Shown here piece by piece: positions 26,477 through 39,210 of a stretch of DNA of 64,000 nt (position 1 is its first letter; each line of letters opens with the position of its first letter). A program made the position numbers and the translations under genes. The stretch covers positions 159,189,230 through 159,253,229 of the forward strand of contig NC_068982.1 of the NCBI RefSeq assembly GCF_001194135.2. The letters run 5' to 3'. The notes under the pieces are model-generated. The model saw only the letters and a program-made list of their open reading frames with translations, was not told the origin of the DNA and made no database searches. Origin of the DNA: Octopus bimaculoides. Taxonomy: Eukaryota.

Positions 26477-26980
26477 AAAAAAAAGGTTAGAGAGAAACAC
26501 ACAGAGTACACAATTAACTTCACAGTAAATGCAAGCGGAGGCTTTCAAATATCCAAATGTTCCATAATGGAAAAATCAACAAGTACTCCATATGGTGTGA
26601 GATAAATATCATATATATNNNNNNNNNNNNNNNNNNNNNNNNNNNNNNNNNNNNNNNNNNNNNNNNNNNNNNNNNNNNNNNNNNNNNNNNNNNNNNNNNN
26701 NNNNNNNNNNNNNNNNNNNNNNNNNNNNNNNNNNNNNNNNNNNNNNNNNNNNNNNNNNNNNNNNNNNNNNNNNNNNNNNNNNNNNNNNNNNNNNNNNNNN
26801 NNNNNNNNNNNNNNNNNNNNNNNNNNNNNNNNNNNNNNNNNNNNNNNNNNNNNNNNNNNNNNNNNNNNNNNNNNNNNNNNNNNNNNNNNNNNNNNNNNNN
26901 NNNNNNNNNNNNNNNNNNNNNNNNNNNNNNNNNNNNNNNNNNNNNNNNNNNNNNCAGACATACATTCACATAAACGTATG

Positions 26981-27018
<38 letters not shown>

Positions 27019-27785
27019 CACGCACACACACATACACACACACACACACATACACACAAACACACACACAAATATATACAACCAACACATGGGCTTTATG
27101 ATATTGAAATTATGTCCGGATTTATCACGATGTTGATAATGTGGTTATGTATGTATGTAAGGTTATATATTTCTGTATTCGTTGGTTTAATCTAAAGCGC
27201 CAAAACATTCTTAAGAACATATAGAAGGAAAATATTATTATCATTTATTCCTTGAATCATAAACCAGCCGATGACAATTGAGCCTTTCATCCAATGGGAG
27301 ATGATAAATTGTATACCAGTGAAATTTTTCTCGATGTAATTTCCTTTGCCCTTCACGTGGTATGTAGCTTTGTACCTACAGCTAGCATATTCACTTGCCT
27401 AGAAACATAGGAAAGCCGGAATAGTGAAATATATACAAGATACCTACATTATCTTATAGCTCCCGTAAGGTTGATAAGTAAATTTTGCTTCGGTTGAATT
27501 TCATTTGAAACTTAAAAACACGCTGCTAATTGATACAATTAGAATTCGTCCGATGTCAACCACACTCCAATGATTTTAATATAGTAAATCAGAAAATTGT
27601 AGGCCTAATCTTCTGATGTATATTTATGGATTAATACATTTTTCTCTTCGTTCATACTTATAAATACTACCTTTTTGAATTCTACGTGTATTAAACCTTA
27701 TTTATATTCTGAAACTGTTCTACGTACGTCAAAACGAGTTGAATCAGGTACATCACAATTTCATGTATTTTTCTAAATTCCATAC

Positions 27786-28184
27786 GAGTGGCTGTGTGGT
27801 AAGTAGCTTGCTGACCAACCACATGGTCCCGGGTTCAGTCCCACTGCGTGGCATCTTGGGCAAGTGTCTTCTACTATAGCTTCGGGCCGACCAATGCCTT
27901 GTGAGTGGATTTGGTGGACGGAAACTGAAAGAAGCCTCTCGTATATATGTATATATATATGTATGTGTGTATATGTTTGTTTGTCTGTGTTTGTCCCCCC
28001 AACATCGCTTGACAACCGATGCTGGTGTGTTTATGTCCTTGTAATTTAGCGGTTCGGCAAAAGAGACCGAAAGAATAAGTACTAGGCTTCCAAAGAATAA
28101 GTCCTGGGGTCGATTTGCTCGACTAAAGGCGGTGCTCCAGCATGGCCACAGTCAAAAGACTGAAACAAGTAAAAGAGTAAAAAA
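27786..28184 (+). mobile_element. Full-length CORE-like tRNA-derived SINE (octopus OR-type)
   Basis: A box tggctgtgtggtaag, B box gggttcagtccc, CORE-like gcatcttgggcaagtgtctt, internal (TA)n(TG)n and 3' end ccagcatggccacagtcaaaagactgaaacaagtaaaag. The family name comes from recall of octopus SINE literature. Confidence 0.88.
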
Positions 28185-29465
28185 GTATATATATATATAT
28201 ATATATATTATCATTGTTATTACATTTCGTTTACATTAAGTTTCTAAACGTAAATATTCTTTTAGATCTCAAAATTACTTTCTATTTGGAATTCTATAGG
28301 CAAATATTTTAGAGAATTTCTTGCGTTTAAATTAACGATGCTCCACATTATTTATTCCCCTTCCTAATTGAATAAAGTGTTGGAATTTCAGCAGCAACAG
28401 CATGTGTCGTCGTATTCAGCATTATCGTGAGATATATCAAAGTATTGATCATTATCTTAGGTGCAGCTTGCATGTGGATTAAACGCCTACTATATTCTAT
28501 TCAATCTTGAGGAATAGTGCGTAGTTTTTCAAAGAACCGGGACTAATGGATTAATTATTCTAATTAATTATCATCAAGTTCAACGACCTTTTCCTTATGA
28601 ACAGTCGATATTAACATGAAACGGGTACAACGATCACAATATATATGCCAAAACACATAGAAGTATGAATCGGTGAGAGAAATGCAATGATGTAAATGTA
28701 CACGTAAATGAGATCATTTCGAAACCCGCAACGATTTTGAAGGAAAAATTCAAAGGAGCTAATCGATACAAAATGAACTGAACATGAATGATTTACATTA
28801 TGCTAATTGCAGTGTTTCGCAGTCCGATTTCAGATTAAACTAAATTTACATTTATCATTTGCTACTCTTTGGTTCATAAAAATCCATACATTTTATTGAG
28901 TGTTCCACTTCCATTTCAGAGAGTGATTCATAATTTTCAGATAAATTAGCTACTGATCCTTAGTCAGGACAGCTCACAAGAAGTATACCTATGACCAAAA
29001 TCAGCCTAGCAATGAGTATCTTCTTTTGGGGGAGTCTCTATGTCTACACTATTTAATTTCACTTTCTTTTTTTACGCAATTAGTGTGTGAGTTCGGGAAA
29101 ACGTTGTTTTACAGCATGCCTACATAGAGTTGCCAAGTTATGCAAAAAATTATAAATGTGGGACTTCAAACATGTTTAGTAAGGTTATAGCCGTTCTGAT
29201 TGATTTCCAAACAAAATTCATATAATTTTCTTGACGTCTGTGATAATGCAATGCAAATTAGACTGAGTTATTTGATCACAAAAGACAAACGAAAGAAGAA
29301 AGCGATTAGTCCAAAACTATTCTATTTTGCTAATTAATTACATTATATTTAAACATGGTAAATAAATGTGGTATCTTTAACAACATACACTTCTTTGTGA
29401 TACAAATTTACCTTCCTTATTTTCCTGGGTGAAATACATTTTTTTTTTTACATATTGGGCTGTAT

Positions 29466-29680
29466 GAAGGCGGCGAAATGGCAGAGCTGTTAGCGATCCG
29501 GGTAAAATATTTAGAGGCATTTCGTCCGCCTTTGCGTCCTGAATTCAAATTCCACCGCGATCAACTACATCTTTCATCTCTTCGGGATGAATAGAGAAAG
29601 TACCACTCGAGTCCTGGGGTCGATGTATCCACTTAAGCCCACCGTAAAATTGCTGGCCTTGTGCCAAAGTTTGGAACTAA
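29466..29680 (+). mobile_element. Nin/Deu-like SINE copy
   Basis: Head gaaggcggcgaaatggcagag, B-box-like tgaattcaaattcc, ctggggtcgatgta and tail gctggccttgtgccaaagtttggaac. Confidence 0.8.
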
Positions 29681-29985
29681 TTTTGAACCGTATGCATTAT
29701 TATCGAATTTATGCTGACGATTCAATAGATTCGTCGTTGTCAGATGTGTTATATTGTTTATCTTACATTTTACCAATCAGACAGAATAAAATATTGAGCC
29801 TTTTTGGCATATATAATGAGAGAACGTAGTTTCTTTTACTTGTAGCTTTCATTGACAGCAACGAGTATTCTGTCCTTATTCATTCTTTTTTGTGTTTAGT
29901 TAACTTCTTACGTTTACTTGTTGCCGAGGCTTATCATCTGCTTGTAAAAATTTTGAATTCGCTAATATAGCATACCAGTGAAATG

Positions 29986-30366
29986 TACTCTTTTATTCTT
30001 TTAGTTGTTTCAGTCATTTGACTGTGGCCATGCTGGAACACCGTCTTTAGTCGAGCAAATCGACTCCAGGACTTGTTCTTTGTGAGCTTAGTACTTATTC
30101 TATCGGTGTCTTATGCCGAACCGCTAAGTTACGGGGACGTAAACACACCAGCGTCGGTTGTTAAGCGATGTTGCGGGGACGAACACAGATACACAAACAT
30201 ACACACACACAGACATANNNNNNNNNNNNNNNNNNNNNNNNNNNNNNNNNNNNNNNNNNNNNNNNNNNNNNNNNNNNNNNNNNNNNNNNNNNNNNNNNNN
30301 NNNNNNNNNNNNNNNNNNNNNNNNNNNNNNNNNNNNNNNNNNNNNNNNNNNNNNNNNNNNNNNNNN

Positions 30367-30397
<31 letters not shown>

Positions 30398-30557
30398 TGC
30401 GACAGGCATCTTTCTGTTTCCGTCTACCAAATCCACTCACAAGGCTTTGGTCAGTCCGGGGCTATAGTAGAAGACATTTTCCCAAGGTGCTACACAGTGG
30501 GACTGAACCCCGAACAACGTGGTTCGTCAGCAAGCTACTTACCACACAACCACTCCT
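29986..30557 (-). mobile_element. Full-length CORE-like SINE copy (gap inside its internal microsatellite)
   Basis: Reverse complement of 27786-28184 along both halves, e.g. cagtcatttgactgtggccatgctgg and cccaaggtgctacacagtgggactgaacc. Confidence 0.88.
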
Positions 30558-33028
30558 GCCAAACAACCACTCCTGTATTTAACATTTAAACTATTATAGA
30601 GTAGGACTTGTTTTAATTATGTATTTAGGAGCATTTTGTAAATTCTCTCTTCAGGTCCCTTCTATCGATTATATCATTCGATCTCCACTCCTTTAGAATT
30701 TGAAAGAAAAATATATTACCCATCGAAGGTTGTGTCAGCCCACTATTCACCAAAATCTTATAAAAATTGGCAGATTTCTAAAGGGAGGAATTATTATTTC
30801 ATAGCGTTAGTATATATATTTATTTATAAACAATAGAAAACACAACATGAATGCATATTTAACAGCTTTGTTCCAAGTAAATCGAAAACCTGAATCACAG
30901 AAATAAAATATCACGGAAGACGTTAGCAAGTAATTATCTTAGATATTGTTTTCCTATTTTCTGATATAGACAAAGATTATTGAGAGCTTTGATTCAAAGA
31001 TATTCGTTCAGCCATTAAGAAATTCTCCATGGAAATGCGTGAAAAAGCTTTTAGCTTTTCTCGGATGAAAAGAATTCTTCAAAAGACTCCACATAATTAA
31101 ATGGAGTAAGGTTTCTCGAATAGCATTCAACAAAACATTTAAAGAAATCTGAACATGGACCGGAAGAAGCACTTTTACGTTTTATGTGTTATTGTTCGCT
31201 GACTGGGTTTGCAACTTCTATCCATACAGAGTCATATCTTTATGTAATATTACTTCGGGAATGAAAACATCTCCCGTGAGATAATAGTAGTATCTTTTCA
31301 TTGGGCATTCGAAAGCAGTGTAACTGAAGTGCAATGTATTCAACCAAAAATCGAAAATGTTGCGTAGAATTCCGAAGCCAAGTATCTTATGAGATAATAA
31401 ATATTACTTATTTTGAATAAGAAATACTTTACCTATAGTATAATGAGAGGGCGAATTATTTTCCCTAAAATAAAAGGCGCAAAATGTGCTTCGTCAAATC
31501 TTCCAAAAATTTTTTTTTTTTTTCTGTTGATCAACGTCAGACCATAAATGTCTACTTTTTCAACAAAATACATTAAATTTTGACAGTTCTGAAACGTGCG
31601 ATGTTATAGTTTCATATTCTAAATTAAGGCGTTTTGTGCAAAGTGTTTGTCGTGGATGTGTGATACATGCCAAAGGTAGGGCAGCGTCTATAACTTATAC
31701 CGAATCAGCAAGACAGATGGAAGTTACAAGTCAAAATGTTGTAATATCTGTACTGAGAAACTGACAAACAACTAACTAGTACTAATATGAAACCAGATCA
31801 AATTGACCTATGTTTCAACGGTAGATTTGATAGATGAAGCCCATGAAGGGATGATGTCCGTCACAGAAATTTCCATTCAGCTTTTGTCCGCCAATTTCTT
31901 TCACAGGCCTTACTTCGCACAGTGTTTGTATTTAGGTCAAAATCTGAATTATGAAAGTACAAGTGGAATCTCATAATTATGAGATTTCTTCAGTTGGTAA
32001 AGAAAGTTCATTGCAGACAGTAATTAACGGAAATAAGAATCAGACATGTAAATGTAGCTAAGAATAATATTAGAGGAACAGAAGTGACATATGCTGTACT
32101 TAAGATGTTGCCATAAAATTTAAATGACATAAGTCAAGAGGAGCAGATCAAAAGAAGATGTCTCAACTCTTTGAATGTAATGAGAACTTTATCTTTAAAA
32201 GAAAACTAGTATTTTATTATTTTTGTGGACGCTAACATGCTAACATGCTGTTAGATAAGAAAAACTCATTTGTTATGAAGCTTCAGCTGATCATAAGAAT
32301 GTTAACTCAATAAGAAACAATAACTGAATATTTGATTTAGAACTTTGGATAGATATAAGAATATTTTGCCTGTAAGTCTACAAAAGTGACCGGCTGATGA
32401 AATTGTCTGTACATATCAAAACAATTTAAGATGTGATGCTGATTCAGAGACAAGCTAAATGCATTGTATTTGCCAAAATTATGCACTATATAGATATATG
32501 TCTTGTAATTGAACGTTCCGTCTAGGGAATCGAGATGTTTGTCCTTTCATCTTCTTAATAAACATAACTGACCGTGATCTGTTTTCACAATAATTGATGC
32601 TGTGATCGACCTGTCATGTCTAAATGTATCAAAGCCAAAATCAGAGCTATCACAAAATTATTCAATAGTTGAGTAAGCTCTTTATTATTTACTTGTGAAT
32701 TTTGTTAAGTCGTAATGGATTCATTTGATATAGTGTTTGACTGTAATTGCATAATTGACTTTTATTTATATCATGTGATCACTGTGTAGCATTTTATTTC
32801 AGAACATGAACCGATGATGTTGCTTCTCATAGGCACGCACACTGCGAGAAATAGCAGTCAAATTTGACACAAATTATCTTAATGTCGTAAATACGGGGTA
32901 CATATATTAAATAACGGAGTGCAACAAACGCCAAAACAGAGGATTTAGACTCTTATGGGATTATCTGTCATTATTTCTTTGTAGACATACTAAATCAAAG
33001 AGTAGATCATATAAAATAATTCCATCTG

Positions 33029-33110
<82 letters not shown>

Positions 33111-33452
33111 TTTAAGACAGTAGATTTTCAATACAGAAATTGTCAGTAAGAAGGATTAAGAAAAACTAAAACTGAAAAATAGTCTGGTACTTGTACTTAT
33201 ATTGGTGAAAATGTTCGCAGTCAAGTTTCCGAATATTTATTCCTCTACAAAATATATGTAGACACTGCCTAACATGCTCTAGTTCGGGAATTGCTGAGAT
33301 AAACTTAGTTGCATCATGAGATGTTTCAGACCAAGTGAATACTATCTCTGTAACTTAACTCTCCCCCTTGCATTTTTTCTCTTTTTCTTTCTCTCTCTTA
33401 TTCTCTGTATATTATAATGCATGTATATATATATAGAGAGAGAAAGGGAGAC

Positions 33453-33491
<39 letters not shown>

Positions 33492-33515
33492 CGCACATAA
33501 GACAGACACACACAG

Positions 33516-33563
<48 letters not shown>

Positions 33564-33617
33564 CTGTGTGTGTGTGTGTGTGGATGTATATTTGGGTATG
33601 CGTGCGTGTGTATGTGA

Positions 33618-33651
<34 letters not shown>

Positions 33652-34134
33652 ATGAACGGCAATAAGAACGTACACAATACTTGTAACATGTTTCACAAAT
33701 TCAGTCTAGATATTGCTAACCAGAGTGTCCTAATACTAATCTACCATTCAATTTCTTCACAAAATACCTTTGAATATGGTAGTAAAGAGAAACTCCGAAC
33801 AACAGCCTAACAAATCTTCATACATTAAAAAGCAATCACATGCACAGACATATCTCTATAATATAGGAGAAAACAAAAGTATACAGCAATAAGAATAGTC
33901 GTGTGATATGATATTGCCCCATTCCGACTCTCCCTCCTCTCTCTCTCTCGTTCGCTTTTTCTCTCTTCCACAATCATTATTTATCCTTCTGCTAAATACT
34001 GTTTGATCAGCCGCATTATTTCATAGCTATGTTAGTCCAGCCTTAAGTGTTGTGTATCTCTACCACTGTTTAGACATGATCGGGTATTGTACACCCATAT
34101 ATTCAATGGGAATCTAGTTATAGGAATCCCTCGT

Positions 34135-34226
<92 letters not shown>

Positions 34227-34873
34227 TGTGTTTGCGCGTGCTTGTGTATGTGCATATTCAACTTCGCTACTATTTGTAACAAGCTTCGTCACCTTAGAAA
34301 AGCTCAGTGTTTGGAATTGTACTCTTATGTGCATGCATAATGTATTTGAAGCAACATTATACTCATTATTTTTTTATGGTCGCTGGAGGTAATTTGAGGA
34401 TGATATTTCTGGCTATATCTAGCAGGCAAAATAAGCGATCGCATATAGCGGTCTCTTGCTGCTGTTTACTGTCTTAATACTTAATAGTCAGTCAGTTTTA
34501 ACAAATGTGCACGAATGTAACAATTATTGAGTAAATTAACAAGCAATCTTTTTTGTCCGAAATAAACCGGAGTCATTAAGGTGATATTGATCTCATGAGG
34601 AATAGCTTCGTGTGGCTAAACGAGGCGATTAATATCCTGCTGTTCGTAACAGCTTCAAACATAGAGAAGTAAGCTTCTTTTTATTGAAAAACTATTTAAG
34701 AGGAAACAGCCACCTCCTACATCCGCCAAATGACATTTTCAAAATAATTGTCTTGTTATTTATCATTCATCAAAAATTTCTCAAACACTCTTCAATTTAC
34801 AATCTTTGAAACTGTGTATGTATGTATATATGGATATCTGTCTTTTTGTCTGTGTCTCTGTACGTATGTATGT

Positions 34874-34955
34874 AGTTGTTCAGTTTTATTTCAAGATTTC
34901 TTGTTAACAGTGAAAGAGCCGGTTTCTAACCTAGATCCAAGTCTCCTTCATTGGA
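34874..34955 (-). mobile_element. R4/Dong-type 3' UTR fragment with (TACA)n tail
   Basis: Shares tgttcagttttatttcaagatttct and gagccggtttctaacc with 37776-37884. The reverse complement of gagccggtttc occurs in the 3' UTR of the + copy (38315-38325). Confidence 0.7.
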
Positions 34956-34974
34956 GATAAGCTGATGAGGATAG

Positions 34975-36455
34975 GGAAGCTAATGAAGTAACAAGCACAA
35001 GTCCCTCTGTGCCTGTGGTCCTACAAAAGAACGGAGACCTCACCCCATTGGACAATCAGAGGCATGCAAGTGCTACCACCAGAAAAGGAAGGAAAGAACA
35101 CGAACACAAACATAAACAATGAAGGGGAGAAAAGGAAAAAAGAAAAAAAAATGAAATTACTAAAACGGAAACCCCAAACCACCAGACAAAAAACTGAAAA
35201 CTCAAATATGGAGGTGCTAATGGAATCCGAAACCCTAGAGAAGTAATTTGGAGTGAAGTCAAGGACATGCAAATTTTACCTGCGAGGCAAAAGTTGCTAT
35301 GGAGAAGACGGTGCAAACTGCCGGTTTGTTCACTCGAGATCCCACCAAAACAACAGGGACCTTAAGGAGAAATACTTCTCTGAGGAAAGGCACCAATCGC
35401 CTCCAAAGAAAAATATGCAAATGCAATGTGTTCTTCAGATGTTATGCGCAAGGTAGCAGCTGAGCAAGAGCCTTTTTGTGCAAACAAGGAACCTTGCTCA
35501 CCACTGCACAATACTACCACAATCAACAGACACGGTATGACCTCCCATAACGCCTGCACAGTCGTCGCGCCAATATTCTTACTAAATAATGGGGGCCTGT
35601 TGCCTCAGAACAACAAAAGCAAAGTTCTTTTTCTGAGATGCAATCAAGCCCTATGCATAGTACTCGTGGGGAATAATCTGAGCTCTGATATAGAGGATGC
35701 AGAAGTACACGTACCAAAATATAGCATACTATGAACAGACAGAAGGTAAAGGAACCATTGTGGAGTTGCTGTATACATCCGTGAAAACCTCACATGCCAG
35801 GTCTTACTGTCATACTCAAATTCAGTATCGGACACTCTAATTGTATACGTAAGACAACACAATATAGTCATTTGCAACACATATCGTCCACCGAATACGC
35901 TAATCCAAATAGGCAAGTTTGAAGATTGCCTCAAGAATTACAAAAAACCTCATGAAATGGAACATCGTGTGAGCGTATTACTCATGAGTGATATCAACTT
36001 CCTGAATATCAAATGGCCGGAAGGCCTCATGCTCTCACAAATGACCCATTGCAAACAATCACAGGTGGAGTGCATGCTCAACCTTACCAATGCCCCATTC
36101 ATGGAGCAAGTTGTACTCAGACAACATAGGGCGAATAGCAAATTGACTCTTTGCTACACAAATAATAAGGACAACGTTCATGATGTGAAAGCGACGCCGA
36201 CTTTAGTTTCGGATCACAATATAATAAGGCTATCATGTATGGACCAAACGTCGCTAGAGACATACAGTCTAAAGGAAGCACCCAAAATCTCTCCAATCTG
36301 AACTTCCACAAAGCAGACTAGAATTCGATCGAAAATGCGATAGTCAAACAGGACTGACCGAAATATCTCTCCACACCAGACATTGGCATGAAGCTAGAAT
36401 ATTTCATGCCTGTTACGTAAATAATGTGCTGGAAATATGTCCCAGAGCACAAGGC
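34975..36455 (+). mobile_element. 5' part of a CR1/L2-group LINE: Lys-rich region, CCCH zinc finger and APE endonuclease (pseudogenised)
   Basis: CKFYLRGKSCYGEDGANCRFVH (35268-35333, C-x8-C-x7-C-x3-H). Frame +2 from 35426 to 36301 reads LSSDIEDAEVHVPKYSIL*TDRR*RNHCGVAVYIRE...TYRPP...LLMSDINFLNIKW...LCYTNN...SDHNII, carrying APE motifs with two stops. After a frameshift it reads LNFHKAD*...KQD*. Confidence 0.88.
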
Positions 36456-36457
36456 CA

Positions 36458-36499
<42 letters not shown>

Positions 36500-37657
36500 G
36501 AAGGTGGACGCGTGNNNNNNNNNNNNNNNNNNNNNNNNNNNNNNNNNNNNNNNNNNNNNNNNNNNNNNNNNNNNNNNNNNNNNNNNNNNNNNNNNNNNNN
36601 NNNNNNNNNNNNNNNNNNNNNNNNNNNNNNNNNNNNNNNNNNNNNNNNNNNNNNNNNNNNNNNNNNNNNNNNNNNNNNNNNNNNNNNNNNNNNNNNNNNN
36701 NNNNNNNNNNNNNNNNNNNNNNNNNNNNNNNNNNNNNNNNNNNNNNNNNNNNNNNNNNNNNNNNNNNNNAAGAAATTAAGAAGGAGAAGTGAATATTTGT
36801 TGCGGCAACTATTTTTTTTTTTAGTAGAGGAATGTATATAGTGTGTAGTCAGCGTGTTTACAATATGAAATTGTGGAGGTGTATTTTGGCATATCAACTT
36901 CTATGTTTGTGGAGCAGAGGGTAGAAGGGTTGGCAGCAGTTGAAATAAAAAGGAAGAACAATTTTTTAATCGTAAAGGAAAAATACGGAGAGAAGTGTCC
37001 AATTGACAGTCGAGGAATTAAAAGGGAGATATATTGTTGGTTTGAAATATATTGACAGTAAGAATGGAAAAGAGGGAACATTTATGAAGGTTAGGGAGGA
37101 AAGAGCGGAGTGGAGGTGTAATTATTTGTATTTTGAGAATGGATTTAGTGGTCGATGATTGCAGGTGAATATTATACTGCTGCGTTCATTAAAACAATTC
37201 GTGGATTGCAGAATAGCCAAGACTACTGTGCTTGTGCTCTCTATAAACCTGATTGAATCTTTCATGCTTCAACAAGTACATTCTTGCAACAATGTAACTT
37301 TTAATTTAATTAAGGTAGCCTTTGCCTGAAGAGTGGACGGCAATATATACCACGCTTATACTTTTACTACTTCTGAGATTCCGCTCGCTATGAACCATAT
37401 GTAGCCCGGATCTTACCTACTCCATTCTGTAACTCTTGTTTTCCTATTCGCACACCCGACAACCCTGGTTGCCTACCGTGGAATATTAAAAAAAACAACA
37501 TTTTTTTCAGTTTATCGTTCTTCGATAGGAAAATAACAGCCACAACCTTCTGCCTCAATAGAACATTATTGTCCTAGAAAGGACTTTTTTCTTATATTTA
37601 CTAAGGATTGCTTGAAGCTATTTTTTTCCTACACCTAGATACCTTGATCTTGCATTT

Positions 37658-37705
<48 letters not shown>

Positions 37706-37775
37706 ATGTGTATATATGTGTGTGTTTTTGTCTGTATGTGTATGTATGTGTATGTATATGTATGTATGTATGCAT

Positions 37776-37884
37776 GTCATTGTTCAGTTTTATTTCAAGA
37801 TTTCTCGTCAATATATAAAGAGCCGGTTTCTAACCAAGATTCAAGTCTCATCGGAATTTCAACATCAACAACAGGGTATTTTTG
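37776..37884 (-). mobile_element. R4/Dong-type 3' UTR fragment with (TACA)n tail
   Basis: Same motifs as 34874-34955. The (TGTA)n tract to the left is the tail in element sense. Confidence 0.7.
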
Positions 37885-37966
37885 ATTGTATGTATGTGTG
37901 CATGTATCTATATGTGCAGATTTTTATGTCTTGTTTTATACATATACACATACATACATACATACA

Positions 37967-37998
<32 letters not shown>

Positions 37999-38009
37999 GA
38001 TATCTCTTT

Positions 38010-38365
38010 CAAAATCGAAGAAAAAGAGGATATCTTTGGCTAAATGCTTCAAAACCTCCAGCTTCTATATCCAGACCATGAATTCATATTTATACCAATA
38101 ATAATTGGAACACTAGGCTTTGTTAGTAAATGCTTAAAGGGGAATCTGGATAAACTGGGATTTTCAGAAAGAGAAATTGACCGGATGATTCGTACATTAC
38201 AAGTCCAATCTGTGAGTGGTACAGTAAAAATATGGAAGAGTTTGCTCAAGTCTCAAATATAAATTTATCTGTGCTAACTACGTCCAAAGTGGATAGAGCC
38301 TTGTATCTTTGTTGGAAACCGGCTCCCTCCTCTGTCGCTGGTCTACAATAATTAAAAAATGAAGA
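38010..38365 (+). mobile_element. R4/Dong-type RLE C-terminus plus 3' UTR, flanked by (TACA)n on both sides
   Basis: KIEEKEDIFG*MLQNLQLLYPDHEFIFIPIIIGTLGFVSKCLKGNLDKLGFSEREIDRMIRTLQVQSVSGTVKIWKSLLKSQI* resembles the post-catalytic PIIIGALG region of restriction-like endonucleases. TACA runs lie at ~37950-37996 and 38366-38437. Confidence 0.8.
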
Positions 38366-38439
38366 GACATACATACATACACACATACATACATACATAC
38401 ATGCATACATACATACATACATACATACATACATACATG

Positions 38440-38560
38440 TCTACATGATAATGTGAATAGGCTTGGGTTGTCAGAAATAGATATCAACCAACTAACATGC
38501 ACATTACTAATGTAATCTGTAAGTGGAACATTAAAAATATGCAAGAATATTAAAATGTGA
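38440..38560 (+). mobile_element. Second, shorter R4/Dong C-terminal fragment
   Basis: DNVNRLGLSEIDINQLTCTLLM*SVSGTLKICKNIKM* aligns with the preceding copy (LGFSEREID..SVSGTVKIWK). Confidence 0.7.
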
Positions 38561-38754
38561 CATCGTTTTCCTTATCTACATTCCAATGATGGACTTTTGT
38601 ATCATTGGTAGATATTAGCTCCTTCCTCAGAAGAAGAATTTAAATAATTAAAATTATACATATACACGCTCGCACACTCACATACGCGCGCACGCACGCA
38701 CACACACCCTGCAACATGTATGTGTGTGTGTGTGTGTTAATTTATAATGTTACT

Positions 38755-39210
38755 TTAAGCGTGGTACGGATAATACCTTAGTAGTACTCAGAGAGATCAT
38801 AATCATAAATTTCTTCATCAGGTTGAGAGTGTGAGGTACCCTGAAGATACAAAAGATATCAAGAATAACGTTCGAAATTGAGAGGGTTCGGGAAGAAGAA
38901 AGAGAAACTGAAATAAGCGTGAGGTATGTATTAATATGAAACATATATTATATAATTAATATTATTCAACCAAGGCTCATATTTACAGCTGTTTCGAAGG
39001 ATCGATGACTGATTACTTTGAAACTGAATATTTTACAGGTATGTGATGATAATAGGACAATAGTGGGGGTATACGTAAAAGAAAAGTATTAACTTGCGCA
39101 AATGTTCATGTCTCCCAGACAAGAATCGCGACATTCTCTTCAGAAAACGAAGAACAAATAGGTCATATACTATAGTGACTATAAATATATATTTTGGGTT
39201 CGATAAACTA
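38755..39210 (+). pseudogene. Possible ancient reverse-transcriptase relic
   Basis: FKRGTDNTLVVLREII (RT domain 2-3-like) and DYKYI(F/L)(W/G)V near 39180 (YKYLG-like), in purine-rich sequence with many stops. Weak. Confidence 0.28.

Noticed and set aside
28710-28732. bantam-like miRNA (tgagatcatttcgaaaccc)
   Set aside because: The seed and 5' half match, but the 3' end diverges and the upstream sequence cannot form the required precursor hairpin.
30073-30582. ORF with a signal-peptide-like start (MFFVSLVLILSVSYAEP)
   Set aside because: It is the antisense reading of a SINE copy and spans an assembly gap.
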